From contig JAYZAC010000160.1 of the NCBI GenBank assembly GCA_036339875.1, positions 1 to 31,019 of the forward strand: 31,019 nucleotides of DNA. The letters are read 5' to 3'. The translations under genes and the position numbers were made by a program. The first letter of the stretch is position 1. Each line of letters opens with the position of its first letter. Of this stretch, positions 25,419 through 31,019 are shown one piece after another. Under the pieces are notes generated by a model. It searched no databases and was not told where the DNA came from. It saw nothing but the letters and a program-made list of their open reading frames with translations. This DNA comes from a bacterium. GTDB lineage: Bacteria > Muiribacteriota > UBA6191.

Positions 25419-25539
25419 TTCTTCAATAATTGATCCGGAACTCGAGGAACTATTTCCTCGATTACCCAGAGAACTTCGCCATAGGATTTTAGAGTATATC
25501 GATGACTATAAGAAATCTAAGCAGCAAAAGTCTAATTGA
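25393..25539 (+). CDS. Possible 48-aa small protein (not in ORF track)
   Basis: MKKSWKKFDSSIIDPELEELFPRLPRELRHRILEYIDDYKKSKQQKSN; overlaps the gshB end by 26 nt and fills the gap to the convergent gene. Confidence 0.45.
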   Translation: MKKSWKKFDSSIIDPELEELFPRLPRELRHRILEYIDDYKKSKQQKSN

Positions 25540-25544
25540 AGAGT

Positions 25545-25790
25545 TTAGCTCAAGCCAAAATAATCTAGTAAAGGTTGGCTCACCAACATAAGCCCTAAGA
25601 TTAGTGGTAGGATAACCGCTTTCGCAAAATGTATGAAAGTGCCTACTTTAGGACCAAACTTTTCAGAAAATGCACTACGTGTTTTGAAGCCATGACCTTT
25701 TCCAATATATCCACTCAGACCAAAGATAAATAGCAGCAAAAAGTATGAGCCTACGATTAATTTAACTAATACCAATAATTGTGATTTCAT
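25545..25790 (-). CDS. Small two-TM membrane protein
   Basis: Two hydrophobic segments; ATGA overlap with the upstream gene. Confidence 0.7.
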   Translation of the reverse strand: MKSQLLVLVKLIVGSYFLLLFIFGLSGYIGKGHGFKTRSAFSEKFGPKVGTFIHFAKAVILPLILGLMLVSQPLLDYFGLS

Positions 25791-27178
25791 AGATGAGGTT
25801 TGTTAGATTTATCAATTAGTTCAAGCAGCTCTGGTCTAGTAATAAATGGATAATCAATAATTTTGTTTTTTTGAATTAAAGATAATTGGCTAACTGCTTT
25901 CTCAGTTATTACCTTATGTGGTGAGTACCTCGCGACGTAACGATAAATATCGGAAGCTTCCCTCCAATGTTGAAGACAAGATTCTCGGTCAGTGATCAGA
26001 GGATCTTGGCATGCATGCTTGCCTCTCTCATAGCGTCGATTTCCATAATTAATAAGTTGATCGAAGAAAGGAAATATTAGGTTAGCTCTCTGAGGGTCAT
26101 CGCTAAAAAAGTTTTTTGCTTCAGGAATTTTTGGGTAAACTTCCATAAGATTTTCATAAATTTTCGAATGATCTTCATAGGGTTCAAATTGAAGACGAGA
26201 AAACTCTAACAATAAGTCAAGACGTCGAACTACTGCCCTATCAGTATCAAGTAATTTTAGATCGTCCAATAACTCACTTGAGTAGTTTAGATAGGTCTTA
26301 CTCGACATTAGAAGAAGATCTTGTAAATTTTCGAAATATAAGATCTGTATGGACTTTAGAAATTGATCCATTATCTTTACGGGTCTCTTATTTAGAAAAA
26401 ATCGATAAGTGTGTAAAGAATCATCACTCGTACTTAATTTATATTGATTGCTAATCCAATCATACGCTAGCAAACCTTCTTTTAGATTATCTCTTTGTAA
26501 ATGGTCCATGATGCTCTCATAGAGTGTTTTTAGGCTATAAATATCTTCAAATGGAAGTTCTTTTAGATAATCTTTAATTTCGATTAAGCGAAGGTTTGGA
26601 TTTCTTTGAATGTCTATAACAATCTGATTAACAAGCTTATGATTAATCTTTAAAAATATCTCGAGAGCATTTTTCCTTACTTGAAAAATACGATGTTCAC
26701 TCATCAATAAAAAGAAGTGCCTTACGTTTATCAGGAGTCTCATATTGTTAACAAATATATTTTTTCGATAATCAAGACGCAGTAAATTGTTCTCGATTTC
26801 GGGCAATATGACATGAAGTAATTTAATGACTCTCATTATGTAACCCTGAGAATAGGGCTCGAAGATGAATTGGCGTTGCTGTTCATCTAAATTTTTCTGA
26901 GGAATTAGGATTTGTAGATCTTTATCTATATCTATCACCTCAGTACCAGTTTTAGGTTGAGTTTTTGATGAGGGTGGTTGATTAGAAATTCCAGGTATTT
27001 CTCGTCGTTGTATTTCGGATTTAGTCGGTGGCTTAATGGGTGTTTTACGCTCTTTGACTCGGATCTTGCTATTTTTTTTTGAAAGCAAGATTGACTGTCC
27101 TTCTGCAAAAACTGAGGTTGCATCAGACAGCAAAAAGCTTACAATTAGCATCACTAGCACTAGTTGAAATTGTTTCAT
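25787..27178 (-). CDS. Hypothetical exported, mostly helical protein
   Basis: Signal peptide ending VFA; Pro/Lys-rich linker; Leu-rich helical body; C-terminal Cys pair (HAC...ESC). Confidence 0.7.
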   Translation of the reverse strand: MKQFQLVLVMLIVSFLLSDATSVFAEGQSILLSKKNSKIRVKERKTPIKPPTKSEIQRREIPGISNQPPSSKTQPKTGTEVIDIDKDLQILIPQKNLDEQQRQFIFEPYSQGYIMRVIKLLHVILPEIENNLLRLDYRKNIFVNNMRLLINVRHFFLLMSEHRIFQVRKNALEIFLKINHKLVNQIVIDIQRNPNLRLIEIKDYLKELPFEDIYSLKTLYESIMDHLQRDNLKEGLLAYDWISNQYKLSTSDDSLHTYRFFLNKRPVKIMDQFLKSIQILYFENLQDLLLMSSKTYLNYSSELLDDLKLLDTDRAVVRRLDLLLEFSRLQFEPYEDHSKIYENLMEVYPKIPEAKNFFSDDPQRANLIFPFFDQLINYGNRRYERGKHACQDPLITDRESCLQHWREASDIYRYVARYSPHKVITEKAVSQLSLIQKNKIIDYPFITRPELLELIDKSNKPHL

Positions 27179-27223
27179 GTCTGATAAATTCTTCGGTGTT
27201 TAGGCTATCAGTGTGAATGAAAT

Positions 27224-27952
27224 ATGAGAAAAGACAAGATTGATATTGTTTCTTCCAGCTTACCAAGTGCTTCTTTTTACGTAATTGAAGATTACTTAAG
27301 AGTTCATTTACAGCCTTACTTAAAACGTTTTCATTCGAGTTTAGATACTCAATTGCGTAAAAAAATTATCAATATGATTCAATTTTTGGAGGTACTTACC
27401 TCTTTATCAGATTATTATGTAAGGCGAGAAACAGTTTCAGCTGAGAGATATTTAAAGAATAAATTTAGAAACTTACAAATACAAAAATATGAATTGCACT
27501 ATAAGATTTTAATAGATCGTAATACTGTTCCAGCGAATCCGACTTTTGTTAGTCAGTGGAATTCGCTTGATACTGGAGTCAAAATTGAAGCTTTTGGAGA
27601 AGTTATGATTAAGCTTTACGGAATACCTAACTGTGACAAAATTAAAAAGGCTAGGAAATTACTCGAGCAATCTTGCGTGAGTTATGAGTTCATTAATTTG
27701 CGAGATACCCTGCCCGATGAGGATACTTTGAGAAGGTGGCTCCATATACTTGGCGAGAAAGAATTAGTTAATAAGCGTTCGACTACATTCCGTAACCTTA
27801 AAGATAATGAGCGAAACTTTAATGATCTTACTGGCTTAATTGCAGTAATGAAACAAAGTCCCACCATCATTCAACGCCCTCTATTTGAGTTTAATGAGAA
27901 AGTAAAGATAGGTCTGTCAGAACTCTCTAATGTTATTGAGGAATTAAATTGA
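27224..27952 (+). CDS. Unknown N-terminal domain in frame with an ArsC/Spx (YffB-like) domain
   Basis: From ATG 27605: MIKLYGIPNCDKIKKARKLL...LVNKRSTTFRNL...PTIIQRP; internal GGAGA RBS. Confidence 0.8.
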   Translation: MRKDKIDIVSSSLPSASFYVIEDYLRVHLQPYLKRFHSSLDTQLRKKIINMIQFLEVLTSLSDYYVRRETVSAERYLKNKFRNLQIQKYELHYKILIDRNTVPANPTFVSQWNSLDTGVKIEAFGEVMIKLYGIPNCDKIKKARKLLEQSCVSYEFINLRDTLPDEDTLRRWLHILGEKELVNKRSTTFRNLKDNERNFNDLTGLIAVMKQSPTIIQRPLFEFNEKVKIGLSELSNVIEELN

Positions 27953-29502
27953 GTTTTGCAAATCTTCTGGCTACGCGTTCTTTAGTAAATGAATTTAGAG
28001 AGCAAGGGCTAGTAATTCAGGATAGAGTTCGCAATTTTTTAAGAAATGAAGTTGTTACTACTCAGTTAGGCTACGGTTCTTACAGAGTGTACTCGGATAA
28101 CCCAATTCATCGTGAATCTTTATTGGTTGCATTACAGAGCGGTATTAACTTAATTGATACCAGTTCTAATTTTACTTACGGTGAATCCGAAAAAATGATT
28201 GGTATGGTTCTTTCTGAAATAAAAGGGAAATCATCGAGAGATCATTTCATATTAATCTCAAAAGCTGGTTACATTCAGGGACCTGCTATGGACGAGATAA
28301 TTGAGATGGAGAAGCAGGGGCAATTCTTTCAAGAGATGTTAAAAATGGACTCGGTTTGCTGGTATTGTATACATCCCGAGTTTATAAGATATCAATTTTT
28401 CGAATCTTTGAAACGCTTGGGTGTAGAACAGTTAGATGTCTATTTAATTCAGAATCCAGAGTATTTTTTTATATCTACGAGAAAAGACGGAGTAGAGTGT
28501 GGCGAAGCTCGAATTGAATTGTATAGGCGCATCCAAGAAGCTTTTACTGCTTTAGAACAATTGGTAAATGAAGGTTACATTAAGTATTACGGTATCAGTT
28601 CAAATACCCTTGGATATTTACCCGCAGCATATGACTTCATAAACCTTAATGAAATTATCGAATGTGCAATCAAAGCGGGACAGAAAGTTAATGGGAATAA
28701 AGCAAATCATCACTTTCAAGTAATTCAAATGCCAGCTAATCTGATTGAACATCAGCTAATTTCAGTTGTTAATAATCAATCTGATAATGAATTGTACTCG
28801 GTTCTGGAAAGAGCAAATCAGCTCAATTTAGATGTTTTACTTAACCGTCCATTAAGTACTCGTTACGAGGAAGGATTTTTACAGTTTACTCGTAAGAAAT
28901 TCGATTCAGAGAGGGACTACAAACAAGATTTACAAAACATATTTAACTCACTTTCAGAAATAGAATCTCAGATTATGAATAAAATTCTTTCAATACCTAG
29001 TCTGGAGCACAAATTAAGGTCAATTCAGGAGGATCAGTTTAAACTATTCGAAATAGGGAGAGAATTAACTAATTTATGGCCAATGATTGAGGATAAAGAT
29101 CATTTAAAGGCTTTAGTAGATCGTTACTTAATGCCGCATACGCAGCGATCAGTTGAATCTCTTATGGAGTATTCAGATAGCTACCCTGGCGAAGTAATAA
29201 ATGATATTGATCTGTACCTCAGTCATTTTGCTGAATTTGAAAATCTAGGCGAGGAAGCATTAAATAAAAGAATGTTTTGTGAAAAATTGACGCCGGCTTT
29301 AGATGGTTTAGAAAATTTGTTCTTAGATGAATCTAGTTGTTGGGTAAAAGCATCGCTATCTTTTTTGGCAGACTTACCGGGAAAACCTATCATTCTTAAC
29401 GGGATGAGAAGTAAAGGATATGTCCAGTCTTCAGGTGAATTTTTAATTGAAGATAGGAAAGATTATAGAGAACGACTAAAAGCTTTATGCGAAAGATTTT
29501 AA
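27949..29502 (+). CDS. Aldo/keto reductase superfamily protein with helical insertion, probably catalytically altered
   Basis: LGYGSYR, GINLIDTSSN, SE..IG, ISKAGY, SLKRLGVEQLD, GYIKYYGISSN, QMP.NL, NRPL, ILNGMR. Confidence 0.85.
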   Translation: MSFANLLATRSLVNEFREQGLVIQDRVRNFLRNEVVTTQLGYGSYRVYSDNPIHRESLLVALQSGINLIDTSSNFTYGESEKMIGMVLSEIKGKSSRDHFILISKAGYIQGPAMDEIIEMEKQGQFFQEMLKMDSVCWYCIHPEFIRYQFFESLKRLGVEQLDVYLIQNPEYFFISTRKDGVECGEARIELYRRIQEAFTALEQLVNEGYIKYYGISSNTLGYLPAAYDFINLNEIIECAIKAGQKVNGNKANHHFQVIQMPANLIEHQLISVVNNQSDNELYSVLERANQLNLDVLLNRPLSTRYEEGFLQFTRKKFDSERDYKQDLQNIFNSLSEIESQIMNKILSIPSLEHKLRSIQEDQFKLFEIGRELTNLWPMIEDKDHLKALVDRYLMPHTQRSVESLMEYSDSYPGEVINDIDLYLSHFAEFENLGEEALNKRMFCEKLTPALDGLENLFLDESSCWVKASLSFLADLPGKPIILNGMRSKGYVQSSGEFLIEDRKDYRERLKALCERF

Positions 29503-29525
29503 TTCTTGAGTGTTTGAGAAATAAA

Positions 29526-30896
29526 TTATTTTCCAGCAGATTCTAGTCTAGAATATTTTGACTCAGCGTTGTGCTTGTAAAATTTTTTGTAAGTCTGCTT
29601 AATTTTATTACAGATCCACTGGAATTTAGATTCATTTTGTTCTAGAAGAGTTAGACGTATCCCTTGCCAATTTGTGTGGAAAGAGCTTAACGGAACTGCA
29701 CAAATACCCGTGGAAGCAAGTAAATAATAAGTGAAAACTCGGTCTAGACTAGCATTACTAAGGTGCGGTTCGAGAATTTGGAGATATTTGCCGCTCACCG
29801 GAGGTAATTTTGCTTTGGAGAAGCAATTTTGATCGATAATTAACATCCCAAATAAGGAGCCATCAATTCTATTGGGGATTAATCCCGCACAATTTTTTAA
29901 GCTTTGCTGTAGTTGCTCAGCTCTTAATTTTAGATAACTTGCTCTAGATGCTAGATGATCATTATATTTCTCGTGTGACATAATTTCAGGAATTACTATT
30001 TGAGGTAGAGATGTTGAGCAGACCTCCATGGTTTTCATCCTAATTAAAGCCTCCACCAGATTGTTAAATTGGGGATTAGTATTTCTATTGTAGAATTCCA
30101 TCCATCCGCAGCGCGCGCCTGGCCATGGTAGATCCTTTGAAATACCTTGTAACGAAATAGCCGGAGTTTGATTACAAACTTCACTTAGATAACTGTGTTT
30201 TTTGCCCCAAACTACCTGAGCATATACCTCATCTACAATTACACAGACATTATACTTTTTGGCTATTGAGGAAATTTTGAGCATTATTTCACGATCATGA
30301 ACAGCACCGGTGGGATTATCTGGATTTACCAATAGTATTGCAATTATTTCAGGATGTTTTGATAATTGATACTCAATATCATTCAAATCTGGTTCCCACC
30401 CTCTCAGAGGATCTAGCTTATAAGTAAAGGCTGATTTATCGGGTGCATGAAAACGTTCAAAGGCTCCATGAGTACTATAAACAGGGCTTGGTATTAAAAC
30501 TCTAGATTCAGGATGTAGACATTGGTAGAGTGTACTAATGCCATCTCCTAAGCCGTTGAAAAATAATATATCGTCGGCTGTAATTTTAGTCCCGCCTCTT
30601 TTATTGGTTTGATTGGCTAAGAACTCACGGGTTTTCATATGACCTTGACTGGGTACATATGCATAAGTTTCATCATAATTAAGAGAATTTTTTATTATAT
30701 TTCGCATCCAATTAGGAACTTGATGGCCCCTATGTACCGGATCTCCAATATTCTCCCAAGTAACCTCCAAGCCTGCAGATTCAAGTTGCTTAGCTATGCT
30801 AACGATTTCTCGAATTTCATAACGCATTTCAGCAATGGCAGGGTGTTGCCAGGGGGTTTGCTGTGAGTAAGATTTGCTGAAATTAAGTTTTTTCAT
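29526..30896 (-). CDS. PLP-dependent aminotransferase class I/II (AlaA-like)
   Basis: YEIR, ENIGDP, NPDNPTG, DEVY, GISK(PLP Lys)...PGARCGW. Confidence 0.9.
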   Translation of the reverse strand: MKKLNFSKSYSQQTPWQHPAIAEMRYEIREIVSIAKQLESAGLEVTWENIGDPVHRGHQVPNWMRNIIKNSLNYDETYAYVPSQGHMKTREFLANQTNKRGGTKITADDILFFNGLGDGISTLYQCLHPESRVLIPSPVYSTHGAFERFHAPDKSAFTYKLDPLRGWEPDLNDIEYQLSKHPEIIAILLVNPDNPTGAVHDREIMLKISSIAKKYNVCVIVDEVYAQVVWGKKHSYLSEVCNQTPAISLQGISKDLPWPGARCGWMEFYNRNTNPQFNNLVEALIRMKTMEVCSTSLPQIVIPEIMSHEKYNDHLASRASYLKLRAEQLQQSLKNCAGLIPNRIDGSLFGMLIIDQNCFSKAKLPPVSGKYLQILEPHLSNASLDRVFTYYLLASTGICAVPLSSFHTNWQGIRLTLLEQNESKFQWICNKIKQTYKKFYKHNAESKYSRLESAGK

Positions 30897-30905
30897 GGCT
30901 GATTC

Positions 30906-31019
30906 CTATAAATTGTGTACACAACGAAAACCTAAATCTAAAGCATAATGCTCAGGATTCTTATGTCGCCTTTTCGATATACGACGATCCAGTCGATGAG
31001 TTGCATAACTGGCACCTCT
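30906..31019 (-). CDS. 3' end of an FGE-sulfatase (SUMF1)-domain protein, truncated by the window edge
   Basis: Minus-strand translation RGASYATHRLDRRISKRRHKNPEHYALDLGFRCVHNL* matches the family's C-terminal RGGS(W/Y)...R...R...GFRC signature. Confidence 0.8.
   Translation of the reverse strand, partial: RGASYATHRLDRRISKRRHKNPEHYALDLGFRCVHNL

Noticed and set aside
402..30866. Numerous short ORFs in the track (e.g. 402-617, 415-690, 918-1187, 8093-8440, 13870-14202, 17782-18120, 30639-30866)
   Set aside because: They lie wholly or mostly within longer, motif-supported genes on the opposite strand or another frame and have no recognisable features; treated as shadow ORFs.
1..31019. tRNA, rRNA, CRISPR arrays, transposases, integrases, prophage genes
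   Set aside because: Intergenic gaps are short and none shows such structures; no ORF carries the corresponding motifs.

Overview
AT-rich bacterial chromosomal window, densely coding, with no rRNA, tRNA, CRISPR array or mobile element that I can see. Left third (1-10 kb): a type IV filament pilin cluster with a probable sigma-54-driven major pilin, terminator hairpins, and four minor pilins (PilW-, PilV-, PilX/GspK- and FimT-like; two are unusually large). It converges tail-to-tail on a two-gene unit: an O-antigen-ligase/PglL-type oligosaccharyltransferase with TPRs, and a cobalamin-binding radical SAM enzyme fused to a GT2 glycosyltransferase. This is the best candidate for an undescribed system (pilin glycosylation with a radical-SAM-tailored sugar). 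Middle: a minus-strand operon (SDR with a repeated C-terminal peptide motif, pseudo-receiver, mtaB, DUF4175-like protein), then trxB and two tandem paralogous membrane proteins that appear to carry catalytically degenerate class III nucleotide cyclase domains followed by HEAT repeats. Right: TPR protein, Nit1-like amidase, a GshB with atypical active-site loops, an unlisted 48-aa ORF, two hypotheticals, an ArsC/YffB fusion, an aldo-keto reductase lacking two catalytic residues, a PLP aminotransferase and the 3' end of an FGE/SUMF1-domain gene. All family assignments are by visual motif recognition; no database searches were run.
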